A DNA stretch of 32,000 nt from Nitrosopumilus zosterae (lineage in GTDB: Archaea > Thermoproteota > Nitrososphaeria > Nitrososphaerales > Nitrosopumilaceae). The notes beneath the pieces were generated by a model. It did not search any database. It saw nothing but the letters and a program-made list of their open reading frames with translations, and was not told the DNA's origin. Of this stretch, positions 24,924 to 32,000 are shown piece by piece. The stretch is from positions 704,038 to 736,037 of the forward strand of contig NZ_AP026695.1 in NCBI RefSeq assembly GCF_025998175.1, written 5' to 3'. The position numbers were made by a program, and so were the translations under genes. Each line of letters opens with the position of its first letter. Position 1 is the stretch's first letter.

Positions 24924-25379
24924 CTATATTATTTCTGAAACTTTGGATTTGAAATCTGATTCATACCATGTTGTTTTGTATGGTGCATTTTTTTTAGGCA
25001 ATATGTTTATTGCAATGTGGGAGAATGTCTTTTTCTTGTCAACTGAGCCATGAGTATGGAGTACATTTGCAGGTATGTGCACTACATCTCCTTCATTAAG
25101 TGATATCTTCTCTGTTCGTTTAATCTTGAAATTGGTTTTAGACGTGCCGTATTTTTTAAAAATCTCGAGACTTCCATTCCCTTTAACTGCAATTAATACT
25201 TGATTTCCATCATGCTGATGGAGTTTGGTTCTGGAACCTTTTTCAAAATGAACATGATAAATGTCTTGATCCTTTGATTTGATTTTCTCAGATATTACTT
25301 TCATCCATGTTTTACCTGTAAACCAATCTGGATTTACCTTTCTTTGGTCCCCTGTTCCAAAAATATTCGTTTTTTTCAT
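24924..25379 (-). CDS. cupin-domain protein (151 aa)
   Basis: WFTGKTWMKVI...HFEKGSRTKLHQHDGNQVLIAVKGNG...GDVVHIPANVLHTHG carries the cupin metal-site pattern H-x-H-x4-Q...H. Confidence 0.8.
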   Translation of the reverse strand: MKKTNIFGTGDQRKVNPDWFTGKTWMKVISEKIKSKDQDIYHVHFEKGSRTKLHQHDGNQVLIAVKGNGSLEIFKKYGTSKTNFKIKRTEKISLNEGDVVHIPANVLHTHGSVDKKKTFSHIAINILPKKNAPYKTTWYESDFKSKVSEII

Positions 25380-25380
25380 T

Positions 25381-25764
25381 TTAAATTCTACTCAAAATCT
25401 TCTTTTTCTTTTCTTGGAACTCTTTTTCAGTAAGGACTCCTGATTTTCTTAATTTTCCAAGTTTTTCAAGCAATCTCAAATCTTCTTCTGAACTTGATGT
25501 CATTTTTTTTGCAGACAAAATCCCTTCGTTTATTCTTTCAATACTCTTCTTTTGTAAAATCTCGCTTTCTTTTCGTGCTTTCTCGCTGAATTCTTTGCTT
25601 GCTTTAGAAGCTTGTTTTGCAGTTATTTCTCCTAATTCTACTGCTTCATCTAAAACATCGTCCGCCTTTTTGATTCCTTCTTGGATTGCCTTGTCTGCTC
25701 TTCTGAGAAATTTATCGATATATCCGCCTTTTTTTGATGTTTTTGATTTCTTTGAGGTTCCCAT
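25381..25764 (-). CDS. helical Lys/Glu-rich protein with C-terminal SHOCT-like motif
   Basis: The C-terminus LEKLGKLRKSGVLTEKEFQEKKKKILSRI matches the SHOCT pattern. The stop is 1 nt before the cupin start. Confidence 0.65.
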   Translation of the reverse strand: MGTSKKSKTSKKGGYIDKFLRRADKAIQEGIKKADDVLDEAVELGEITAKQASKASKEFSEKARKESEILQKKSIERINEGILSAKKMTSSSEEDLRLLEKLGKLRKSGVLTEKEFQEKKKKILSRI

Positions 25765-25827
25765 GAGTTTTTAATAATTTCAAATCTATTATTTCTTTCT
25801 TAGTCGAATTGGTTTAATAGCCTGGAT

Positions 25828-26550
25828 TTGTTAGAAAGAGTGATTTTGACAAACGACTATGATGTAAAGACTGTTGTGATAAGAAAAAACCTTGAAGAGG
25901 AGGATGCGCTGAAACTAGTGGAGCAAAAGAAAACAGACCCTTTCAAATCATTATTGTCCAGACCAAAAAAAGAGGACATTCATATCGATTCTCTAAAGTT
26001 GTGCTACGAGTCTTCCTTGATAGTATCAGGCAAGTATACTGCAAATTATTTTAGAAAAGCCATCCATTCAATCGATGTTGACTCAAATGTACATGGCGTG
26101 GTTTTAGGAGATGCCATCTTTCCAGTTCGCTCAAAATCTGGCCTGGAAAAGGCATTTGTTGGAAAAAAAGGAAAAAACAAAGTTGACTTGAGTTTAGAGG
26201 AACATGTTTTTGTTGAAGAAGAAGATGAGTTGACATTTGATCATCATGGACTTGAAATAGAATTACCATTTAAAATTGATTCAAAAACTATAGAGAATTA
26301 TCCTAAAAAAATTCTGGAAGGCGGCTCGTCTGTAATACGAAAGCCTGAATTCTCTTATGATTCTGTGATAGACAAACTACAGTTTCATCTAAAAAAACCA
26401 ATGGAGGAAGATGTCCGTGATCTGAAAGATGAATTCGTCTTGCATGATATTACAGAGGTGTACATTCCAATTTTTGAGGCAAGACTATCTGATCTTAAAA
26501 AGAAAGTTGAGATTATTCGAATTGACGCAGTAAGAAAAAAAATTCTATAA
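25828..26550 (+). CDS. hypothetical protein (240 aa)
   Basis: Long ORF with balanced composition and a TTG start. No family recognised. Confidence 0.55.
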   Translation: MLERVILTNDYDVKTVVIRKNLEEEDALKLVEQKKTDPFKSLLSRPKKEDIHIDSLKLCYESSLIVSGKYTANYFRKAIHSIDVDSNVHGVVLGDAIFPVRSKSGLEKAFVGKKGKNKVDLSLEEHVFVEEEDELTFDHHGLEIELPFKIDSKTIENYPKKILEGGSSVIRKPEFSYDSVIDKLQFHLKKPMEEDVRDLKDEFVLHDITEVYIPIFEARLSDLKKKVEIIRIDAVRKKIL

Positions 26551-26575
26551 TAGAACTCTAGATTTACTTGATGAA

Positions 26576-27397
26576 TTACAGTTTCACAATTTTTCTAAAC
26601 TCGTCATTGGTGTGAAATTTCTCAAAAGCTTTTTCCTCTTTTGCCCATGAGCGAATAATTTTTGGATTCTTTGCAATTGCCTGTTTTAATAGTTTTAATG
26701 CTTCAGGATCCATCCCAAGTTCAGCTTTGCTTCTTGATTTTGCATAAATGATGTTGACGTTGTCTTTGTGTTTTGATAAAATTTTGTCAAATATTTCAAT
26801 TGCATTTTCATGTTTGCCTAACTCTGCTAGCTCTATCCCTTTGTGGAAAAATGCATCCATGTGACTAGGATTGTTTTTGTAAACTTTGTCAAAACAATTT
26901 AGTGCCTCTTCATGTCTTTTTATTTTCCCTAGAATGATTCCCTTGTAGAATAATGCATTTGGTTTTCTTGGCTCAATTGTGATTGCTTTGTCTAACACTT
27001 GCAATGCCTCCTCATGTTCCTTTAGTTTGTCGAGTAGCACCCCTTTGTTGAAATAAGATGCAGCATGCTTTGGGTCTGCTTCTATTGCTTTGTCGTAACA
27101 TTCTGCTGCATCTTGAATGTTGTCCATCTCGGCCATTGCTATTCCCTTGTTGTTGTATGCTTGAGCGTCTTTTGGATTGATCTCTAGTAATTTGTCAAAA
27201 CACGTGATTGCATCACTATATTTTTTTATCTGGTTCAGTGCCAGTCCTTTGTTAAATATTGCTGAGGTGTTTTCTGGTTCTTGCTTTATCACTTTGTTAA
27301 ACAACGAGATGGCTCCCTTTGGTTGGTTTTTCTCAATTAGGGACATTGCATTGTACATCAGATCCTCTGAATTCTCTTTTCCGCCAAACAATCCCAT
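26576..27397 (-). CDS. tetratricopeptide (TPR) repeat protein
   Basis: About 7 consecutive 34-aa TPR units (e.g. AIFNKGLALNQIKKYSDAITCFDKLLEINPKDAQ and AYNNKGIAMAEMDNIQDAAECYDKAIEADPKHAA). Confidence 0.92.
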   Translation of the reverse strand: MGLFGGKENSEDLMYNAMSLIEKNQPKGAISLFNKVIKQEPENTSAIFNKGLALNQIKKYSDAITCFDKLLEINPKDAQAYNNKGIAMAEMDNIQDAAECYDKAIEADPKHAASYFNKGVLLDKLKEHEEALQVLDKAITIEPRKPNALFYKGIILGKIKRHEEALNCFDKVYKNNPSHMDAFFHKGIELAELGKHENAIEIFDKILSKHKDNVNIIYAKSRSKAELGMDPEALKLLKQAIAKNPKIIRSWAKEEKAFEKFHTNDEFRKIVKL

Positions 27398-27431
27398 GAT
27401 TTTTACAAAATGATACTGCTAATTACTTTTT

Positions 27432-27572
27432 TCAATAACCTTCTTCGCTTGAATCTGACTCCGCATCAATTTTCTCAAATGTCATGTCCTTTTTTTGACA
27501 GGATTCGCACTTCTCCATGATGCCAAATTCATTCCTGTATTGACCTTTCCCATCACATCTGAAACAGACCAA
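27432..27572 (-). CDS. possible 46-aa zinc-ribbon micro-protein (uncertain)
   Basis: My translation is (TTG)VCFRCDGKGQYRNEFGIMEKCESCQKKDMTFEKIDAESDSSEEGY. It has a CxxCxGxG knuckle plus a second CxxC and lies 34 nt upstream of the TPR gene on the same strand. The only full-length start is TTG. Confidence 0.3.
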   Translation of the reverse strand: MVCFRCDGKGQYRNEFGIMEKCESCQKKDMTFEKIDAESDSSEEGY

Positions 27573-27676
27573 CCTATTCTGTTGGGTTTAGATGCGAATT
27601 AAGGTTTACTGATAATGTGTGATTGATTCAGTTTCTATGCTGATTGGATCTAAATTAAGAGAAATAAAAAAAGACT

Positions 27677-28396
27677 CTACAGATGAGAACTTTTCATGTT
27701 AAGAAACACTTTCTGCTTGAGTTCTTTGAGTTGGTCATGGATAGTTTTCACTGCATCAGAATCTCCGTTATTGTATGCATCTCTAAGTTGTTGCATCAAA
27801 TCTAGAAATTGTGCCCTTGCAGCATCAACATCTGCATCTCCAGTTGGTTCAGAGAATTTCTGTTGGAATTTCTCAAACTTCTTTACAGTTTTCTCACCTT
27901 TCATTTCTTTCATTTTTGAATGATCAAATGTTTTGGTGACTGTGGTGAAGTTTGTACTGTCACCTGCATCTACAACAAAGATATTTTTGGTCATTGTTTC
28001 AGACTCATCTTTGTTCATACTGGTAATGGTCCATACAAGATATTTGTTACCTTCACCATCTTTTGCAATTCCAATGCTTGCCTTCATTGCATCCGTAACA
28101 CCATTACTTTCAGCAACGGATACTGCTTGACCTAGAGAAACTGTTACTTGATTTTTTAGCTCAGAGTGAGTCTCTTTTGTCATTTCTGCAGGAATTGCAA
28201 TTGATCCTGTAAATCCTTCAACTTGGATAGCCTTATTTCCATGATGTCCTTTTTTGTGGTCTTTTTCCCCACTCCATTTTGCATAATCTCCCCCTTCTGC
28301 CATTACACTTGGTAATGCCACAGTGAACATCAGGGCAAAGACTGCTGCAAACGCAGGAATCATGTACTTTGTTTTACTATTCATGGATGATTTCAT
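27677..28396 (-). CDS. secreted hypothetical protein, His/Lys-rich segment, possible PepSY-like core
   Basis: Signal-like N-terminus from ATG 28396 (MKSSMNSKTKYMIPAFAAVFALMFTVALPSVMA). KDHKKGHHGNK segment. SLGQAVSVAESNGVTDAMKASIGIAKDGEGNKYLVWTI is PepSY-like. Confidence 0.65.
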   Translation of the reverse strand: MKSSMNSKTKYMIPAFAAVFALMFTVALPSVMAEGGDYAKWSGEKDHKKGHHGNKAIQVEGFTGSIAIPAEMTKETHSELKNQVTVSLGQAVSVAESNGVTDAMKASIGIAKDGEGNKYLVWTITSMNKDESETMTKNIFVVDAGDSTNFTTVTKTFDHSKMKEMKGEKTVKKFEKFQQKFSEPTGDADVDAARAQFLDLMQQLRDAYNNGDSDAVKTIHDQLKELKQKVFLNMKSSHL

Positions 28397-28473
28397 ATAA
28401 TTTTGCATAAAAGGCGTTGTTATCAAGTGATACGTAACAATGTTACCTGATCTTTATCTTACTTGCTTCGTCG

Positions 28474-28674
28474 TTGGTTTTGTTGGTACAGATTTGCAAG
28501 GGTATTTGTGAGCACAAAAAGGCATTTTCGATGCCAAATAATTTACGTTATAACTCAGGACAGAAGAGGTGTGGTTTATGTGATTGTTATTTCTATACCG
28601 AAGACATTTCTTGTCCATGTTGCACTACCCGACTTAGGACAAAACCGCGAAACAAAAGATTACGGAATAAATGA
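28474..28674 (+). CDS. small Cys-rich zinc-ribbon protein with basic tail (66 aa)
   Basis: ICKGICEHKK...RCGLCDCYF...SCPCCTTRLRTKPRNKRLRNK contains 9 Cys arranged in pairs and a basic C-terminus. TTG start. Confidence 0.6.
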   Translation: MVLLVQICKGICEHKKAFSMPNNLRYNSGQKRCGLCDCYFYTEDISCPCCTTRLRTKPRNKRLRNK

Positions 28675-28760
28675 TGATGTGTTATGGAATCCATTTTTAG
28701 AGGCGACTTTATCTGGCACGTGAATATAGAGATCGAATTTACATTAGGAAGGATATTCTC

Positions 28761-29006
28761 TTGAAACTTTACGAATATGGTGAAATGAATCAAAGTAGAT
28801 TGATGAGTATATGTGGATTAAACAATGTAAAACACAAGGAAATTTTGGATAGCATGGTAAACAAACAGATGATTGAAAGAAAAGAAGAGCCGTGGGGGAA
28901 CAAAACCATCTACAAATACAAAATTTCTGAAAAAGGAAAGACGTTACTTGAAGAAGTTTTGCAGAGATATGAGGACCTGTTCCCAAGAGATAACGGAGAT
29001 GAATAA
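28761..29006 (+). CDS. winged-helix (HTH_45-like) DNA-binding protein; 5' end uncertain
   Basis: LYEYGEMNQSRLMSICGLNNVKHKEILDSMVNKQMIERKEE...YKISEKGKTLLE is a wHTH. The frame is open and protein-like from 28701 but has no canonical start before TTG 28761 (see finding). Confidence 0.7.
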   Translation: MKLYEYGEMNQSRLMSICGLNNVKHKEILDSMVNKQMIERKEEPWGNKTIYKYKISEKGKTLLEEVLQRYEDLFPRDNGDE

Positions 29007-29008
29007 AA

Positions 29009-29473
29009 ATGTCTAAAGATAATTCCAATAAAGACCGTGAAAATATTTTTGAAATATTGGATGGAATAATGTTTCAACTTAGCAGAACAAAAAAGATGTT
29101 TTTAATTATGATAATTACCACCTTAATAATTCCACCACTCTCCATAATTGCAATTACCAGTGTCTATGATTCTCCATATCAAGATAAATTCAGAGAAGAT
29201 TTTGACACCCGTCTGCAATCAAAACTTGATAATGATGAAATAACCGAAGACGAATACAATCTAATGAAGGAGAAATTCTCCAAGAAAACAAAACTAAATC
29301 CATTGCTTCGCCCTCCTCAGCTTGTGATATTCGTAATCTCAGTTGTTTGGTTGGGAATAGGAATAAGACAATGGTTTGTTATCTCAAAATGGGACAAGCG
29401 ATACCAACAATTCAAGGAAAAACAAAAAGAGATTGATAAGAAATTCGAAGATGACTCTGATGATGAAAAATAA
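29009..29473 (+). CDS. two-TM membrane protein with acidic tail (154 aa)
   Basis: TM helices MFLIMIITTLIIPPLSIIAITSV and LVIFVISVVWLGIGI. The loop contains DEITEDEYNLMKEKF (SHOCT-like). The start is 2 nt after the wHTH stop. Confidence 0.65.
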   Translation: MSKDNSNKDRENIFEILDGIMFQLSRTKKMFLIMIITTLIIPPLSIIAITSVYDSPYQDKFREDFDTRLQSKLDNDEITEDEYNLMKEKFSKKTKLNPLLRPPQLVIFVISVVWLGIGIRQWFVISKWDKRYQQFKEKQKEIDKKFEDDSDDEK

Positions 29474-29491
29474 ATTGGTTGTAAATTTAAA

Positions 29492-29881
29492 ATGAATAAA
29501 CTCAATATTTTATTTTTTGCAGCGGCCGTTACTACTGCCATTGCAGGAATAATTCATGTTGTTTTGGGAATTCCTTCAAACAATCTCAATAGTCAGGTAT
29601 TGTTTGTTGTGGGAGGCGCTACGCAGATCTTTTGGGCTGTCCCAATGATTAGAAAGTGGGGGACTGTCTGGTATGGGATAGGTCTTGGTGGAACATTGAT
29701 GTTTATTGCAATATGGGTGATTACTAGAATTCCTGATAACTTCATTACTGGACGTGGGGGAAGAATTAGTGATAATGGAATTCTAGTTGAAGCATTTCAG
29801 ATTGCTTTTGTTGGCATTGTAATTGCAATTCTTGTGTTGGACAGAAAATCATTTTCTAAAAAAGAAGGAAATGCGAATTAA
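29492..29881 (+). CDS. four-TM membrane protein (129 aa)
   Basis: Four hydrophobic helices. No family recognised. Tightly packed in the same operon. Confidence 0.65.
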   Translation: MNKLNILFFAAAVTTAIAGIIHVVLGIPSNNLNSQVLFVVGGATQIFWAVPMIRKWGTVWYGIGLGGTLMFIAIWVITRIPDNFITGRGGRISDNGILVEAFQIAFVGIVIAILVLDRKSFSKKEGNAN

Positions 29882-29884
29882 AAT

Positions 29885-30601
29885 ATGAGTTCTATGTCCC
29901 AGACCGTTAAACAAGTGCATGGCATACTTGATGTTCAAAATGTTTCCAAAGTTTACCAAACTGCTGCAGGAAAAGTTGTAGCTCTAAAAAATGTCAGTTT
30001 CTCCATTCCAAAAAATCAGTTTGTATCCATTGTTGGTCCTTCAGGTAGCGGAAAATCCACTTTGCTGAATATGATTGGGGCTTTGGATAAGCCATCTAGA
30101 GGTACTGTGTTGATGGATGGGATTGATATATTCAAGCTACCTGACAATAAACTAGCAAAGATTCGAAATACCAAAATTGGATTTGTATTTCAATCGTTTA
30201 ATTTGATTAACAGATCGACTGTTCAAAAAAATATTGAAATGCCTGGAATTATTTCTGGAATGGATAATGCAACTAGAACTAAACGTGCCCAAAGCATTCT
30301 AAAAAAACTCGGTATTTTAAAAAAAGCAAACCATAAACCAAATAATCTCAGTGGTGGGGAACAACAAAGAGTTGCAATAGGTAGAGCCTTGATAAACAAC
30401 CCTGCAATTATTCTTGCAGATGAGCCAACTGGAAATCTGGATACTGCTACTGGTGAAGACATTTTCCAGCTTTTAACAGAGCTGACAAAAAAATATTCCA
30501 GAACAGTTGTGATGATTACACATAATGTCGATTTGGCAAAAAGGACAGATCGATCAATATACATGAAAGATGGAGAAATTGAAAAAGATGTCTGCAACTA
30601 A
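29885..30601 (+). CDS. ABC transporter ATP-binding protein (MacB/LolD/FtsE-like)
   Basis: Walker A GPSGSGKST, Q-loop, signature LSGGEQQRVAIGRAL, Walker B ILADEPTGNLD, and the H-loop ITHN. Confidence 0.95.
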   Translation: MSSMSQTVKQVHGILDVQNVSKVYQTAAGKVVALKNVSFSIPKNQFVSIVGPSGSGKSTLLNMIGALDKPSRGTVLMDGIDIFKLPDNKLAKIRNTKIGFVFQSFNLINRSTVQKNIEMPGIISGMDNATRTKRAQSILKKLGILKKANHKPNNLSGGEQQRVAIGRALINNPAIILADEPTGNLDTATGEDIFQLLTELTKKYSRTVVMITHNVDLAKRTDRSIYMKDGEIEKDVCN

Positions 30602-32000
30602 ATCAAAAAATATATTTCTAAAGTTGTTGTCTGTTTCCTTGTTTGCAATACTGGTGATTTCTGTTTCGCCAACCTTTGCAAATGCTCAAACTTTTAGAAG
30701 CGATTGTTCTTCATCTACTACTACCCGGGTTGATGCAGATTACAACGGACCTGTTTTCCTTGATGCTTATTGGACTGACAGAAGTAGTTCTAGTACGAAT
30801 TCACTTAATCCCAATGAATTAGAAGTAGGGCCTGGGGAGGGACCATCAACTCTTGCCGCTGTATTTGTAAATCGTTCACCACTTGAACTGTATGCTGTTA
30901 CAGGATATTTGCGTCTACCAGACGGATTCAAGCCAGGTGGCACTAGTGCAGATCCTCAGGCAAAATCCTACTTTGCATCCACTTTCAGCAAAAGTATTGG
31001 AGACGTATCACAAGCGAGTTATTTTGCTAAACTAGTTGAAGGAGAAGTGTTTACCCTGTACTTTGATGTGGATATTACAGATGATGCCAAAGTTGGCTCG
31101 TATCTTAGTTCTGCAATCCTGGATTATTCTACTCCAGATCATGTGAGAAGCTGTAAATCTGCCTTGCTAAATGTGCCATTTATTTTACCTGGAAAAGTTG
31201 TTTTGGATCTAGGTACTGATAATAAACCACTGACCCCAAAGGTGCCAAATCCTATTGATTTTATAATTTCCAACACGGGAAGTTCTCCTGCAACTGGTGC
31301 AATTTTGACAATATTGAGTATTGGAGATGATAGCAATCGCTCATCAAGGGACAGTTCAAGCTCTACTGTTACCTTGCAATCATCTGAAACGGAATTGGTC
31401 AATCTTGGAGCTAATACGTTCAACATTGGAACTATTCCTGCAAATGGTTCTACGAGAATCTCAACAACAATATTTCCAGAAGCCACATCAGGCTCATCAG
31501 TTCAGAACATAAGTATCCAAATAACATATGGCAATGCCTATGGATACAAGCAGACTGAATTGTTAACTACCGGACTTGTAGTTTCGCCAAAACCATCCGA
31601 ATCGCCAATCATCGTATCAGTTGATACACAACATGATGAACCAGTAGTGACTGCAGGAATTGTTGAAAACATTATGTTCCAAGTTACCAACAATGGTGAC
31701 GATGAGATTACGGATCTGCTGCTTACTCTATCTGGGGAAACTACAGAAATGAAAATTATGGGAAAGTCAAAGTGGATGATAAGTTCTCTTCCTGTGGGTG
31801 AAACTTTTGAGTTTACCACTGATGTCTTTGCGTCAACTAACCTGATCAATACTCCTAGTTCCTTTAACATGAATCTGGATTACATCTCTGATGGAGAGTC
31901 TAGCTTGGATGCTGCAAATGTAGGAGTGTTTGTTTCTGGGAGCATAGAATTGACACTATATGATGTACAGGTTAGCAGTATTGGTGGTAAGTTGCATCTT
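30588..32000 (+). CDS. large secreted Ser/Thr-rich beta-rich protein (partial, runs off the right edge); possibly the extracytoplasmic part of the cognate ABC permease
   Basis: My translation shows a frame open for 471 codons with no stop. Signal peptide MSATKSKNIFLKLLSVSLFAILVISVSPTFANA. Repeated modules look like CARDB/DUF11 beta-sandwiches. The ATG overlaps the ATPase stop by 14 nt. It is absent from the track because the ORF is open-ended. Confidence 0.8.
   Translation, partial: MSATKSKNIFLKLLSVSLFAILVISVSPTFANAQTFRSDCSSSTTTRVDADYNGPVFLDAYWTDRSSSSTNSLNPNELEVGPGEGPSTLAAVFVNRSPLELYAVTGYLRLPDGFKPGGTSADPQAKSYFASTFSKSIGDVSQASYFAKLVEGEVFTLYFDVDITDDAKVGSYLSSAILDYSTPDHVRSCKSALLNVPFILPGKVVLDLGTDNKPLTPKVPNPIDFIISNTGSSPATGAILTILSIGDDSNRSSRDSSSSTVTLQSSETELVNLGANTFNIGTIPANGSTRISTTIFPEATSGSSVQNISIQITYGNAYGYKQTELLTTGLVVSPKPSESPIIVSVDTQHDEPVVTAGIVENIMFQVTNNGDDEITDLLLTLSGETTEMKIMGKSKWMISSLPVGETFEFTTDVFASTNLINTPSSFNMNLDYISDGESSLDAANVGVFVSGSIELTLYDVQVSSIGGKLHL

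Noticed and set aside
28463-28793. 86-aa plus-strand ORF (28463..28723) and 66-aa minus-strand ORF (28593..28793)
   Set aside because: They overlap the Cys-rich zinc-ribbon ORF and the wHTH frame, which have clear structural motifs. Their own translations are featureless.
31139-31870. Minus-strand ORFs 31139..31486 and 31538..31870 and plus-strand ORF 31321..31512
   Set aside because: They lie inside a 471-codon uninterrupted plus-strand frame that has a signal peptide and is translationally coupled to the ABC ATPase.
1-32000. Search for mobile elements, prophage, rRNA/tRNA genes and CRISPR arrays
   Set aside because: I recognised no transposase, integrase, capsid or terminase motifs, no terminal inverted repeats, no GC-rich cloverleaf candidates and no spaced repeat arrays. 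The only repeat pair (20801/22881) has no recombinase associated with it.

Overview
The window looks like a gene-dense, AT-rich archaeal chromosome segment. It most resembles an ammonia-oxidising thaumarchaeon of the Nitrosopumilus type. That placement is an inference from gene content: archaeal EF-1alpha, S10 and RpoP, bifunctional FBP aldolase/phosphatase, ATP-dependent DNA ligase, tRNA-splicing endonuclease, and a long 3-hydroxyacyl-CoA dehydrogenase typical of the HP/HB carbon-fixation cycle. I call about 45 protein genes, most separated by only 0-20 nt. I found no rRNA, tRNA, CRISPR array, transposase or integrase. All family calls come from motifs read by eye in the translations; no searches were run.

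The observations most worth following up:
1. A 589-aa double-SDR protein that resembles one half of the Chloroflexus malonyl-CoA reductase and is coupled to a hotdog-like gene. It is a candidate for the unassigned acyl-CoA reductase step of the thaumarchaeal HP/HB cycle.
2. A co-directional trio of tiny putative nucleic-acid-binding proteins: a 40-aa RHH-like ORF missing from the track, a triple zinc-ribbon repeat protein, and a tandem classical C2H2 zinc-finger protein.
3. A 43-bp imperfect direct repeat that brackets a membrane-protein/CDF-transporter cassette. Its second copy doubles as the core promoter of another C2H2 gene that is also missing from the track.
4. A roughly 1.1-kb AT-rich stretch with no convincing ORF. 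It carries an 11-mer motif array and sits next to an AlbA_2/Schlafen-like gene.
5. A SHOCT, cupin, cupin, J-domain/ferredoxin operon.
6. A zinc-ribbon, wHTH, two membrane proteins, ABC ATPase and large secreted beta-rich protein cluster that runs off the right edge.
7. A recurrent MG[FL]F N-terminus on four unrelated-looking small proteins.

None of these can be shown to be novel from sequence alone.
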